Assembly: GCA_964503545.1 (NCBI GenBank)
Contig: CAZDAI010000002.1
Coordinates: 1-54,892 of the forward strand
Reading direction: 5' to 3'
Source of the DNA: an uncultured Candidatus Sumerlaeota bacterium
Lineage (GTDB): Bacteria > Bacillota > SLNR01
DNA length: 54,892 nucleotides
The notes below the pieces were generated by a model. It made no database searches. It was not told the DNA's origin and saw only the letters and a list, made by a program, of their open reading frames with translations. A program made the position numbers and the translations under genes. How positions within the stretch are numbered: the stretch's first letter is position 1; the number at the start of each line of letters is the position of its first letter. This document shows, in pieces, positions 35,486 to 44,274 of this stretch.

Positions 35486-36307
35486 ATGGTACGAGTAATT
35501 GGCGTTGGAGACAATGTCGTGGATCGTTATCTGGATATGAACACCATGTTTCCCGGTGGCAATGCTGTTAATTTTGCCGCCTTGGCTCGGCGTTACGGGT
35601 TTGATTCAGCCTACCTGGGGGTTGTGGGCGCAGATGCAGCCGGTGATCTGATTAAGGCAGCCTTAAAGGAAGAAGGGGTGGATATTACCCGCATCCAGAC
35701 TGCTCGCGGGAGTACGGCTTTTACGGATGTCGCCTTAGAAGACGGTGAGCGGGTTTTCAAAGGGTTTGACTTGAGTATTTACGGGAAGCTAGCCCTGACG
35801 GATGATGATTTTGCCTATATTCACACCTTTGATCTGGTGCATACCAGTGTCTATAGTAAAATCACCCGCTATCTGTCTCGCATCCGGCAGAAAAATGTGC
35901 AGTTGTCTTTTGATTTTTCCGATAAGTGGGATGCCGATGTTATGGAAGAAATTACTCCCCAGATTGATTTTGCCTTCATGTCCGGCAGCGGCCACAGCCG
36001 AGAGGAAATCCGGCAGCGACTACAGGAACTTGTCGCTTTGGGTGCCCGTTTAGCATTGATCACCATGGGTAGCGACGGAGCTTTGCTTTATGATGGCAAC
36101 GAGTTTTACCAGCAAGAGATTGTGCCTGTGGATGTAGTGGATACATTGGGTGCCGGAGATGCATTTATCACCATGTTCTTGCTGAACTATCTGGTGAGCA
36201 ATGATATTCCCTATTCACTGAAGCTGGCTGCAGCCGCAGCAGCGGAAGCCTGCACTTATTACGGCGCTTTCGGCCATGGAACCCCCATTAGACGAGAAGA
36301 GGAGTGA
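35486..36307 (+). CDS. frlD: PfkB-family kinase, fructoselysine-6-kinase-like
   Basis: ATG 35486 after GGAGGGA. N-terminus VIGVGDNVVDRY...FPGGNAVNFA. C-terminus DTLGAGDAF. Confidence 0.65.
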   Translation: MVRVIGVGDNVVDRYLDMNTMFPGGNAVNFAALARRYGFDSAYLGVVGADAAGDLIKAALKEEGVDITRIQTARGSTAFTDVALEDGERVFKGFDLSIYGKLALTDDDFAYIHTFDLVHTSVYSKITRYLSRIRQKNVQLSFDFSDKWDADVMEEITPQIDFAFMSGSGHSREEIRQRLQELVALGARLALITMGSDGALLYDGNEFYQQEIVPVDVVDTLGAGDAFITMFLLNYLVSNDIPYSLKLAAAAAAEACTYYGAFGHGTPIRREEE

Positions 36308-36313
36308 TAGGCA

Positions 36314-36775
36314 ATGGAAATTGAAAAGAAACTGGAAGAAATGGGTTACCCGCTGATCGATCCCCAGACCCCGGCGGGCGTGTATGTACCGGCTCACCGA
36401 ATCGGCAATTTGGTTTACACTTCCGGGCAAGGTGCACGGCGACAGGGCGAGACTGATTACCGGGGACATTTGGGTCGGGAACTCACCATTGAAGAAGGGT
36501 ATGAATGTGCCCGCCGTTCGGCATTGAACTGCCTGAGCGCGATCAAGGCTGTCATTGGCGACCTGGACAAAGTGGAGAAGTTTATTAAGATTTTGGGTTT
36601 TGTCAACAGTGCTCCTGGATTTGATCAGCAACCCAAAGTAATGAACGGTTGTTCTGAGCTGTTGGAAGCATTGTACGGTGAAAAGGGCAAACATGCGCGT
36701 TCTGCCATCGGGGTCAATGAACTCCCCCATCGAACACCGGTAGAGATTGAGATGATTGTTCTGGTCAAAGACTAA
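36314..36775 (+). CDS. RidA/YjgF-family protein
   Basis: 153 aa. YTSGQG...; C-terminal ARSAIGVNELP..VEIEMI is typical of the family. Confidence 0.75.
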   Translation: MEIEKKLEEMGYPLIDPQTPAGVYVPAHRIGNLVYTSGQGARRQGETDYRGHLGRELTIEEGYECARRSALNCLSAIKAVIGDLDKVEKFIKILGFVNSAPGFDQQPKVMNGCSELLEALYGEKGKHARSAIGVNELPHRTPVEIEMIVLVKD

Positions 36776-36781
36776 ACAAGG

Positions 36782-36807
36782 ATCCTGCCTGCGGGCAGGA
36801 TTTTTTC
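36782..36807 (+). terminator. Rho-independent terminator
   Basis: ATCCTGCC-TGCG-GGCAGGAT followed by T6. Confidence 0.85.
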
Positions 36808-36877
36808 TTGCCCAGGCGAACTGTCAGAGCAAAGGCAAATACGTTTGCTGTCAACCTGAAAACAGGGAGCGGTGAGA

Positions 36878-37351
36878 ATGAGGATAGCAGTGGAAGCATA
36901 TCGGTGGGACGGACGACTGAAATACCGCTGGCCGGGGGAATTGCTGGTGGCCAATGAGCAAGAGATTGTTGTTCGGGGCGAATTCTCCCGGGAGTTCAAA
37001 ACCCCGTACCACCATTTTCGGGCCGGGGATGTAACCCGGGAGATCTATCCCCGGGATGCCTGGTATAACATCTGCGAAATTTATGGCAAAGAAGAGAGCA
37101 TTCAGGGTATCTACTGCAATCTCGCAGCGCCTCCTGAACTGTGCGGTAAGACCCTGACTTACATTGATCTGGCACTGGATCTTTATGTATCCAAACAGGG
37201 GGATGTGACCGTTTTGGATGAAGAAGAGTTTGAACATCTAGCTGCTACCCGGCTGCCAGCAGATTTATTGACCCAGGCACGGGAAAGCTGGGGAGAATTA
37301 ATGGATGCCTTGGAGCGGCAGGAGGGATATTTCAGGATTCTGGCGGAGTGA
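36878..37351 (+). CDS. DUF402-domain protein
   Basis: ~157 aa. YHHFRAGD...WYNI...GIYCNLA.P...YIDLALDL pattern. Confidence 0.6.
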   Translation: MRIAVEAYRWDGRLKYRWPGELLVANEQEIVVRGEFSREFKTPYHHFRAGDVTREIYPRDAWYNICEIYGKEESIQGIYCNLAAPPELCGKTLTYIDLALDLYVSKQGDVTVLDEEEFEHLAATRLPADLLTQARESWGELMDALERQEGYFRILAE

Positions 37352-38237
37352 TGGACTGATTGCTGCGTTTTAAGAAAACAGGTCCACCCGTCTGTAAAAG
37401 TACGACAGCAATCACAATCAGCATGCCACCCCCTGCCTGTACGGGGGTTATTTTTTCTCCCAGCAGGACCATGGCCATCAGTACGACATAGAGGGGTTCT
37501 ACTGTGCTGACCAGGGCCGTGCGGGTAGCACCCAGCAGACGCAATCCGGAAAAAAAGAAAACATTGCCCAAAACTGTGGGCACGGCAGCCAGGCCAAAAG
37601 TGGCCAGCCAGACACGATTGGGCAGATCCCAGATGAAATCCTGGGTAATCAGTCCCACAAGGAGATATACAGTGAAGGCGGACAGGGCAATATAGAAAGT
37701 GAGGGTGCGGGGCGGCAGATGCCCGGCAAATTTACTGGTATAGATCAGATAGATGGAGTAGGTAATGCTGGAGCCAAAGGCCAGAGCGGCACCAAAAAGA
37801 TTGATGCTCAAGCCCGGTGCCCAAACCATCAGTGCGCAGCCCGCAGACGCCATCACCAGGCAGATAATTTTTAAGGCATCCAGAGGTTCCTTCAGGAGAA
37901 AATATGCCATAACTGTCACAATGGTGGGATAGGTATAGGTAATCAGGGCAGTCATGGATACCGGAATATATTGCAATGAGCCAAAATACAGGTATGCCAT
38001 GGAAACATAGCCAACTGCACCCAAAAGCAGCACCAGCTTTAAGTCCGGCCAGGCCAGACGCAAGGATTCTCTAGAGATGCGGGATGCTGCATACAAAAGC
38101 GCTGCGGAAATGCCAAAGCGGACAGTGAGGAGGGTGGTAAGATTGATTCCCCCATCGTAGGCGTAGCGGGCAAATATGGAAGCGGAGCCGAAACAGGCTA
38201 CTGAAAGCAATATGGCAAAAAGTCCTTTGCGGTTCAT
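37332..38237 (-). CDS. EamA/DMT-family transporter
   Basis: 301 aa, 10-TM-like profile, duplicated EamA halves. Its 3' end overlaps the DUF402 gene by 20 nt. Confidence 0.75.
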   Translation of the reverse strand: MNRKGLFAILLSVACFGSASIFARYAYDGGINLTTLLTVRFGISAALLYAASRISRESLRLAWPDLKLVLLLGAVGYVSMAYLYFGSLQYIPVSMTALITYTYPTIVTVMAYFLLKEPLDALKIICLVMASAGCALMVWAPGLSINLFGAALAFGSSITYSIYLIYTSKFAGHLPPRTLTFYIALSAFTVYLLVGLITQDFIWDLPNRVWLATFGLAAVPTVLGNVFFFSGLRLLGATRTALVSTVEPLYVVLMAMVLLGEKITPVQAGGGMLIVIAVVLLQTGGPVFLKRSNQSITPPES

Positions 38238-38289
38238 GGGATCCTCTTTCCGGCCTCGGCCTGCAGAATATTATCCTGCTCAGTGTATC

Positions 38290-38328
38290 ACAAAAGCTGA
38301 GGAAAAGAAAGAAAACCGGCTCAGATTC
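38290..38328 (-). terminator. Rho-independent terminator of the DUF2089 operon
   Basis: On the minus strand: AACCGGCTCAG-AAT-CTGAGCCGGTT followed by TTTTCTTTCTTTT. Confidence 0.8.
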
Positions 38329-38337
38329 TGAGCCGGT

Positions 38338-38688
38338 TCAATGACGGTGCCGGCGGGTACCGGGTTGAAACATGAGATTGAGAATGGATACCAGAATACC
38401 GGTTGCAAACGCGGGAAACAGGCCCCTTACGGACAGTCCCGAGACAAAACCGGCGGTGAGCACGACCATCCAGGTATTGATCACAAAGGTAAACAAACCC
38501 AACGTGAGGAGGTTGATGGGGAATGTCAGGACCAGCAGCAGGGGACGAATGAGCATATTCACCAGAGTCAGCACCAGCGCTGCAGTGATCAGTGCTCCGG
38601 TATCGCTGATCCGCACGCCATCGAGTAGCGCAGAAGCTGCATAGAGGGCAGTGAAATTGGCCAGGGTCCTGACCAGTAATGTATTCAT
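38338..38688 (-). CDS. DUF360 / holin-superfamily-IV-like 4-TM membrane protein (YvlD-like)
   Basis: 116 aa, four hydrophobic helices. LVNMLIRPLL.....P motif. Confidence 0.65.
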   Translation of the reverse strand: MNTLLVRTLANFTALYAASALLDGVRISDTGALITAALVLTLVNMLIRPLLLVLTFPINLLTLGLFTFVINTWMVVLTAGFVSGLSVRGLFPAFATGILVSILNLMFQPGTRRHRH

Positions 38689-38706
38689 ACATGCACCCCC
38701 TTTAGC

Positions 38707-38922
38707 TTAGCGGACGGTACGAAGAAATTCAGACGGTGATATCTCCCGGGCCTGGTGGCCCTGGGGTAAATAGCGATAACACTCGGGTTGATCATCCCGG
38801 CAACTGCGGGTAGGTTTCAGAACTTGGCCCGCTGTGCGGACCAGTACCTGCAGGGGGGATGCTAACCATGCTCGAAAGTCATGAATATGGAGCATGGGCA
38901 GTCTGACGATGAAGCGTATCAT
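38707..38922 (-). CDS. Small basic hypothetical protein
   Basis: 71 aa. Strong AAAGGAGG RBS ~10 nt upstream of the ATG. Tightly packed within the operon. No family recognised. Confidence 0.5.
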   Translation of the reverse strand: MIRFIVRLPMLHIHDFRAWLASPLQVLVRTAGQVLKPTRSCRDDQPECYRYLPQGHQAREISPSEFLRTVR

Positions 38923-38940
38923 AGTAGTCAGACCTCCTTT

Positions 38941-39360
38941 CTAGTCAACAAAAACTTCAACTTTGATTTTTCCTTCTTCAGGATCTTCGGTATCAATATC
39001 CACCAGTCGACCACTGACTAAACCGGCATCAATTTGGCTGATCAATTCTTTGATATCGATTTGGGAGAGATCGATGCCTTGTTTTTCCATTTCCTCCCGT
39101 GCCTCTTTGGGGACGAATGCCATCCCGTAACCAACGAGACGGCCGGCAGCCCGGACCAGAGACAGGGGGATGTTTACATTAACCTTCTTTGCTTTGTCAC
39201 CATCAACACGGATGCGCAAAAATCGTCCCGGACGAGTTTCTTCCATTCGGGCTGTATCTTCAGTCGGTTCTGACAGTGCATTCAGCAGATCCATTCCTTC
39301 TTCAGCCGTGATTTTACCTTCCTGGATCATCTCCAGTATCCTCATTTTTTCAGAAATCAT
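38941..39360 (-). CDS. SHOCT-like / YvlB-LiaX N-terminal-like domain protein
   Basis: ATG 39360, 8 nt after GGAAGGAG. N-terminus ILEMIQEGKITAEEGMDLLNAL. Confidence 0.55.
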   Translation of the reverse strand: MISEKMRILEMIQEGKITAEEGMDLLNALSEPTEDTARMEETRPGRFLRIRVDGDKAKKVNVNIPLSLVRAAGRLVGYGMAFVPKEAREEMEKQGIDLSQIDIKELISQIDAGLVSGRLVDIDTEDPEEGKIKVEVFVD

Positions 39361-39386
39361 CTTCCGCACTCCTTCCACTCATTTCT

Positions 39387-39767
39387 TTATGCTTTCTTAC
39401 GCAGTTGGCGGGCAGCTTCCCGTGAATCAATGTCGCCCCGTTCCAAAGCATCCAGCACTTCCTGGCGCTTTGTTTCCGCAGCTACAGTATCAGGTCGTTC
39501 TACTGGATAACCCAATGCCTGGATGACACTGTCCAGGCGACTCCGGACGGTTGGATAGGAAATGCCCAGCTCTTTTTCCACATCACGAATGTTGCCGCGA
39601 CAGCGAATGAACACTTCCAAGAATTCCAGTTGATCATCGGGCAGGCGGCAGAATTTGCAGGGGTGGAATTCTCCTTCAATGCGGGTGTCACAGCGTCGGC
39701 AGCTAAGCTTGCTGATCATAAGTTCATCGCCACAGACCGGGCAACGTCCGGGTGCTTTGTATTGCAT
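39387..39767 (-). CDS. DUF2089 zinc-ribbon plus HTH protein
   Basis: CPVCG...CRRC and C.FC cysteine pairs, followed by an HTH-like ELGISYPTVRSRL. Confidence 0.65.
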   Translation of the reverse strand: MQYKAPGRCPVCGDELMISKLSCRRCDTRIEGEFHPCKFCRLPDDQLEFLEVFIRCRGNIRDVEKELGISYPTVRSRLDSVIQALGYPVERPDTVAAETKRQEVLDALERGDIDSREAARQLRKKA

Positions 39768-39830
39768 GGAGATTCCTCCTTTCGCCTCTCTCTTGAGTAT
39801 AAAATATCACTGTGGTTTGAAAATGTCAAT

Positions 39831-39861
39831 ATATAAATTAAAAATTTTAATATATATATTA
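39831..39861. repeat. AT-only 31-nt near-perfect palindrome in a divergent promoter region
   Basis: ATATATAAATTAAAA-A-TTTTAATATATATAT, 14 of 15 arm positions pair. Confidence 0.85.
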
Positions 39862-39999
39862 AAATATTTAATCAATCCGTAGCGAAACATCAAAATCCAC
39901 CCTTAGTAACTTCTGCCTATAGGAATGGACGGGCGGGGGCAGGATTTGTTCCCTCCAAAGGTGAAATAATGAAAAACAAATTTCGAAAGAAGGGTCGCC

Positions 40000-41208
40000 A
40001 TGATTGATTTCCTCAAAATCTGCGGAATCTTTATTCTGATCATCTGGATGCTCCGCAGAAATGTTCCGCTTTACAAAGCAATGCTGACAGCAGCACTGGC
40101 TATGGGTTTGATTTTTGGCATTGCACCCCAAAAGATCGCCTTAACGGCAGCGCAGAGCGCAGTGCACCGTTCGACCGTGACGCTGGCCATGGCGCTGGTG
40201 TTGATTATGTTTTTGGAAAATATCATGCGCAAGAACGGAATGATGGAAGGAATGGTGCGTTCTCTCAAAGGGATGGTAGGGGATAGCCGGATTGTGATGG
40301 CGATTTTGCCCGCGCTTGTAGGACTGCTCCCTTCTGCGGGTGGCGCCGTATTTTCAGCGCCAATGGTGGAAGAGGTCAGCCGGGATACCACACTGAATGC
40401 AGAAAAGAAGAGCTTTGTAAACTACTGGTACCGGCATGTGTGGGAGTATGTGTTCCCGTTGTATCCGAGTATCATTCTCACAGCAGAAATTACCGGAATT
40501 CCCATTCCACGACTGATTGCTTACATGGCACCTTATGCCTTGGCGGCAGCACTGATCGGCATCCCGATTGCATTCCGTCATGAGGCACGCCCGATGCGCA
40601 CCACTTCTGCCATTGGACGGGGGCGCGAAACTTTGGCTTTCTTGGGCAGCATTTATCCGGTACTGCTGATCATCGTGGCCGTACTGATTCTGCGCTGGGA
40701 GATCTGGATTGCCTTACTTTCAGTGGTCGGCATGCTGGTCCTTGTTTTCCGCTATACGCCGACGCGATTGATGACGCTGATCCGGGAAGCTTTTTCCCTG
40801 CCCATTATCCTGATGGTTCTTGCTGTGATTATCTTTAAAGATATACTGATGATCACGGGTGCGGTGGAGACGCTGCCAGCCTTTTTTGGCGATATCGGCC
40901 TGCCGGCGGAGCTGATCATTATTGTACTGCCTTTTGTGGTGGGGCTGGCAACCGGTATGTCTCAGGCGTATGTGGGTACCACTTTTCCAATCCTGTTGGG
41001 ATTGAGTGCCAACGGCGTGCCTGTGCACATGGCTGCCCTGGCATATGTCAGCGGCTTTATGGGAGTGATGCTCTCACCGGTGCATCTATGTCTGGTTCTG
41101 ACTGTGCAAGTCTTTCAGGCACAACTGGGCAAGGTCTACCGGATGTTGCTTCTGCCCAGCAGTCTGCAGCTGGGTCTGGCCATTACGCTATATTTTCTGA
41201 TGCGCTAA
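40000..41208 (+). CDS. Polytopic membrane protein, DUF401-like putative transporter
   Basis: 402 aa, ~10-12 hydrophobic helices. The family call rests on overall resemblance only. Confidence 0.5.
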   Translation: MIDFLKICGIFILIIWMLRRNVPLYKAMLTAALAMGLIFGIAPQKIALTAAQSAVHRSTVTLAMALVLIMFLENIMRKNGMMEGMVRSLKGMVGDSRIVMAILPALVGLLPSAGGAVFSAPMVEEVSRDTTLNAEKKSFVNYWYRHVWEYVFPLYPSIILTAEITGIPIPRLIAYMAPYALAAALIGIPIAFRHEARPMRTTSAIGRGRETLAFLGSIYPVLLIIVAVLILRWEIWIALLSVVGMLVLVFRYTPTRLMTLIREAFSLPIILMVLAVIIFKDILMITGAVETLPAFFGDIGLPAELIIIVLPFVVGLATGMSQAYVGTTFPILLGLSANGVPVHMAALAYVSGFMGVMLSPVHLCLVLTVQVFQAQLGKVYRMLLLPSSLQLGLAITLYFLMR

Positions 41209-41236
41209 TGCTTTTAGGGAGATGGAGGGATTAGAT

Positions 41237-42754
41237 ATGTCACCACGCAAATCTGAGCAAGAAAAGGGACAATGGGTACTTTTGAGCAAAGCAACTCATT
41301 ACACGGAAGCAGAAATCATCAAGGGATTCTTAGAAACCAAGGGGATCGCAGTGAAACTGCTGCGCAGTGGCCTGGATTCAGCCTACGCCTTGACGATTGG
41401 ACCCTTGGCTAATGTCGAAGTGCTTGTGCCGCGCGTCATGGAGGCCCGCGCCAGAGAGCTATTGAGCGAGTGGCGACAGCGGGAGGCCTCGGAAATGATT
41501 GATGCAGAAGCCGTGGCGGATCCAGATCAGGAACGAGAAGGCATCTGTCTGCTGATCGATGAAATGCGGGATGAAATCGTCACCTTCCTCCAGGATCTGG
41601 TGCGAACTGAGAGTGTCAACCCGCCCGGGCATACCCGCCGGGTGATCCGGGTAATCGCGGATAAACTGGATTCATTTGGTGCCGATTACGATATCCTCAG
41701 TGAAGATGAGAGCCGTCAGAATCTGGTTGCTCGCCTAAATCGCGGCGGGCGCCCGGCCCTGCTGTTCAACAGCCATGTGGATACCGTCCCGGAGGGAGAC
41801 ATCAGCAAGTGGGTCCATGGCCCCTTCAGCGGTGAGATTGTAGAGAACCTGCTTTATGGTCGCGGCGCTGCGGATGCGAAAGCCTCTGTAGCCGCCATGG
41901 TGATGGCGGCGAAAGCGTTGGCAATCAGCGGTTTGAACCTGTCCGGCTCGTTGGAAATCAATCCCGTCTGCGATGAGGAAACCGGGGGTCACAAAGGGAC
42001 CCGCTATCTGCTGGAGCAAGGCGAAGTGCAGCCGGATTATGTTGTTGTCGGTGAAATAACCGGCAATCGGGTAGCCGTGGCAGAAAAGGGGATCATTCAG
42101 CTGGAGCTGAAGACCCAAGGGAAAAGTGCTCACGCCAGTACACCCTGGGACGGCATTAATGCTGTGGACAACATGCTTACGCTTTACAATCGCATTCGAA
42201 CATATTTTACAGAGAACCTGCAGGATCAGTCCCACCCGTTAACCCCGCCGCCATCCATTAATCTGGGTCTGATCCGGGGTGGGGTAAAGAGCAACATGGT
42301 GCCGGAGAGTTGTACCGCGTCTATCGATTTTCGGCCGATCCCCGGCATGGATACCGATCAGATTGCTGCCGATCTGGAGGGGTTGTTGCTTGAGAGCGCC
42401 AAAGAAGGCATAGAGCTGGAGTACTCGCTGGAAATTCTAGGCTATCCTTTTGAGACGGATCCGGATGCGGCCGTGGTGCTGGCAGGACAAAGGGCCGTTC
42501 GGTTTCGCGGTCTCGATGATGAACGAGTGGGCTACAGCCAAGTGAGCGATGGTCGCTTTTTTGCAGAACGTGACATTCCCACACTGATTCTGGGGCCGGG
42601 GGATCCGGCACGTGCCCATACCCATAACGAATTTGTGCCGGTTGATGATCTTGTGGAGGCGGTGAAAATATATGCGCTGATCGCTCTGGAGCTGCTGCGC
42701 TATCAGAATGAAAATGGCGATCAAGCTGAAAAGCGACAGGAAAACGGGGAGTAA
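41237..42754 (+). CDS. DUF2007-like N-domain fused to M20 peptidase (ArgE/DapE family)
   Basis: ATG 41237 after GGAGGGA. M20 motifs LLFNSHVDTVP, GRGAADAK, DEETGG. Confidence 0.75.
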   Translation: MSPRKSEQEKGQWVLLSKATHYTEAEIIKGFLETKGIAVKLLRSGLDSAYALTIGPLANVEVLVPRVMEARARELLSEWRQREASEMIDAEAVADPDQEREGICLLIDEMRDEIVTFLQDLVRTESVNPPGHTRRVIRVIADKLDSFGADYDILSEDESRQNLVARLNRGGRPALLFNSHVDTVPEGDISKWVHGPFSGEIVENLLYGRGAADAKASVAAMVMAAKALAISGLNLSGSLEINPVCDEETGGHKGTRYLLEQGEVQPDYVVVGEITGNRVAVAEKGIIQLELKTQGKSAHASTPWDGINAVDNMLTLYNRIRTYFTENLQDQSHPLTPPPSINLGLIRGGVKSNMVPESCTASIDFRPIPGMDTDQIAADLEGLLLESAKEGIELEYSLEILGYPFETDPDAAVVLAGQRAVRFRGLDDERVGYSQVSDGRFFAERDIPTLILGPGDPARAHTHNEFVPVDDLVEAVKIYALIALELLRYQNENGDQAEKRQENGE

Positions 42755-42813
42755 GACAGCGAATAAGAAAAGGTACGTGCAATGCAGGACAAAATGTGAA
42801 GGGAGAGATGTGC

Positions 42814-43725
42814 ATGTTCAAGCCAGAAGGTGTTTACCCGGCGATGCTTACCGCTTTTGATGGACAGGGAAAGATCAATGAGCCGGTAATGAGGGACATT
42901 GTAGAGTTTTTCATTGAGAAGGGAGTACATGGCCTGTTTCCGGTAAGCAGTGTTGGGGAATTCGCTCATTTGACCTTGGATGAAAGAAAGAAGCTGATTG
43001 ATATTGTAGTGGAGCAAAACAACGGCCGTCTTCCAGTTACTCCAGGTGCAGGCGCTACCCGGCCTTCTCACGTGATCGAAGTCGCCCGCCATGCTCAGGC
43101 GGCGGGATGCAGTGCTGTTGTGGCCTGCGGTCCCTACTATTATCAGGTGACCCAGGGAATGGTGGAACGCTATTTCGAAACCATCCTTGATGCTGTGGAC
43201 ATCCCTGTAATTCTCTACAATATTCCGGCTTTTTCCAATGAGATCAGCCCTACCACGATCAGCAGTCTCAGCTCACGGGATAAGGTGGTTGGCATCAAAG
43301 ACAGCAGCGGCAACATGACCAATCTGACTCACATTCTGGACTTTGTCAACAATACCAAAGTCGATTTCAATGTTCTGACTGGGTCCGAGCAGATTTTTTA
43401 TCCTTTCTTGTGTGCCGGTGGCAAAGGCAGCATGACCGGATCAGCATCGGTGGTACCGGAACTCATGGTAAAAATATATGACTTTTTCCAGGCTGGAGAC
43501 CACGAACGGGCACGCCGTGCCCAGTATCTCCTGCTCCCCCTCTTGCGTCTGATGCTTACTGTGCCTTTCCCGGTAGGTTTCAAAGCAGCCCTGGAAACCA
43601 GGGGATTCCCCATGGGACCGCATATTCAGCCATTCACAGATTCAGAAGCCCTGCATTGTGAAGAAGTCAAGCCGCGTTTAAAGGATATGATCGATACGGT
43701 CCTAAAGGAGCTGGCTGCGTTATAG
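42814..43725 (+). CDS. DapA/NAL-family class I aldolase (specificity unassigned)
   Basis: ATG 42814. SSVGEF in place of the canonical GTTGE. Schiff-base lysine context VVGIKDSSG. Confidence 0.8.
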   Translation: MFKPEGVYPAMLTAFDGQGKINEPVMRDIVEFFIEKGVHGLFPVSSVGEFAHLTLDERKKLIDIVVEQNNGRLPVTPGAGATRPSHVIEVARHAQAAGCSAVVACGPYYYQVTQGMVERYFETILDAVDIPVILYNIPAFSNEISPTTISSLSSRDKVVGIKDSSGNMTNLTHILDFVNNTKVDFNVLTGSEQIFYPFLCAGGKGSMTGSASVVPELMVKIYDFFQAGDHERARRAQYLLLPLLRLMLTVPFPVGFKAALETRGFPMGPHIQPFTDSEALHCEEVKPRLKDMIDTVLKELAAL

Positions 43726-43791
43726 TTTCTCGAAGGCTGCAGGCTGACTGCAGCCTTTTGCCCACTGACCGATACAGAGGAGAGCTGACAT

Positions 43792-44274
43792 ATGGAGAAT
43801 AAACTGAGAAGAAAAGACCTGGCATTAAGTGAATCAGAAGCATGGGAGATCATGCGGGACAGCGAAATTGGTTTTCTTGCGACAGTTGGTGCTGACGGTG
43901 CGCCTTACGGTGTGGTGTTAAACCATGGGGTTGACAATGGAGTGATCTATTTTCACTGTGCAGCCGAAGGACATAAGCTGGAAAATATTCAGGCCAATCC
44001 CAAAGTCTCTTATACGGCGGTGGCCGTGCATCAGGTGCTGCCGGCAAAGATGTCGGCATATTACCGTAGCGCTGTTGCCTTTGGTGCAGCAAGAATTCTG
44101 GCAGATGACGCGGAAAAACGCCATGGCCTGCGTGTTTTGATGGCGAAGTATTCCCCTGGTTACATATGCAAGGCGCTGGAAAACCCGGCACCCGATCTGC
44201 GAACATTTGTAATTGCCATTGATGTGGAGCAGATCACCGGAAAACGCAGTGCCGATACTCCGGACACCCCGTGA
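43792..44274 (+). CDS. Pyridoxamine-5'-phosphate-oxidase-like FMN-binding protein (NimA-like)
   Basis: 160 aa. GFLATVGADGAPYGVVLN...IYFHCA.EGHK pattern. Confidence 0.7.
   Translation: MENKLRRKDLALSESEAWEIMRDSEIGFLATVGADGAPYGVVLNHGVDNGVIYFHCAAEGHKLENIQANPKVSYTAVAVHQVLPAKMSAYYRSAVAFGAARILADDAEKRHGLRVLMAKYSPGYICKALENPAPDLRTFVIAIDVEQITGKRSADTPDTP

Noticed and set aside
39900-39999. Possible small riboswitch in the DUF401 leader (CTGCC...GGCAG hairpin with ACGGGCGGGGG)
   Set aside because: It does not match the guanidine-II/III, ZTP, preQ1 or fluoride motifs as far as I can recall. A single hairpin is insufficient evidence.
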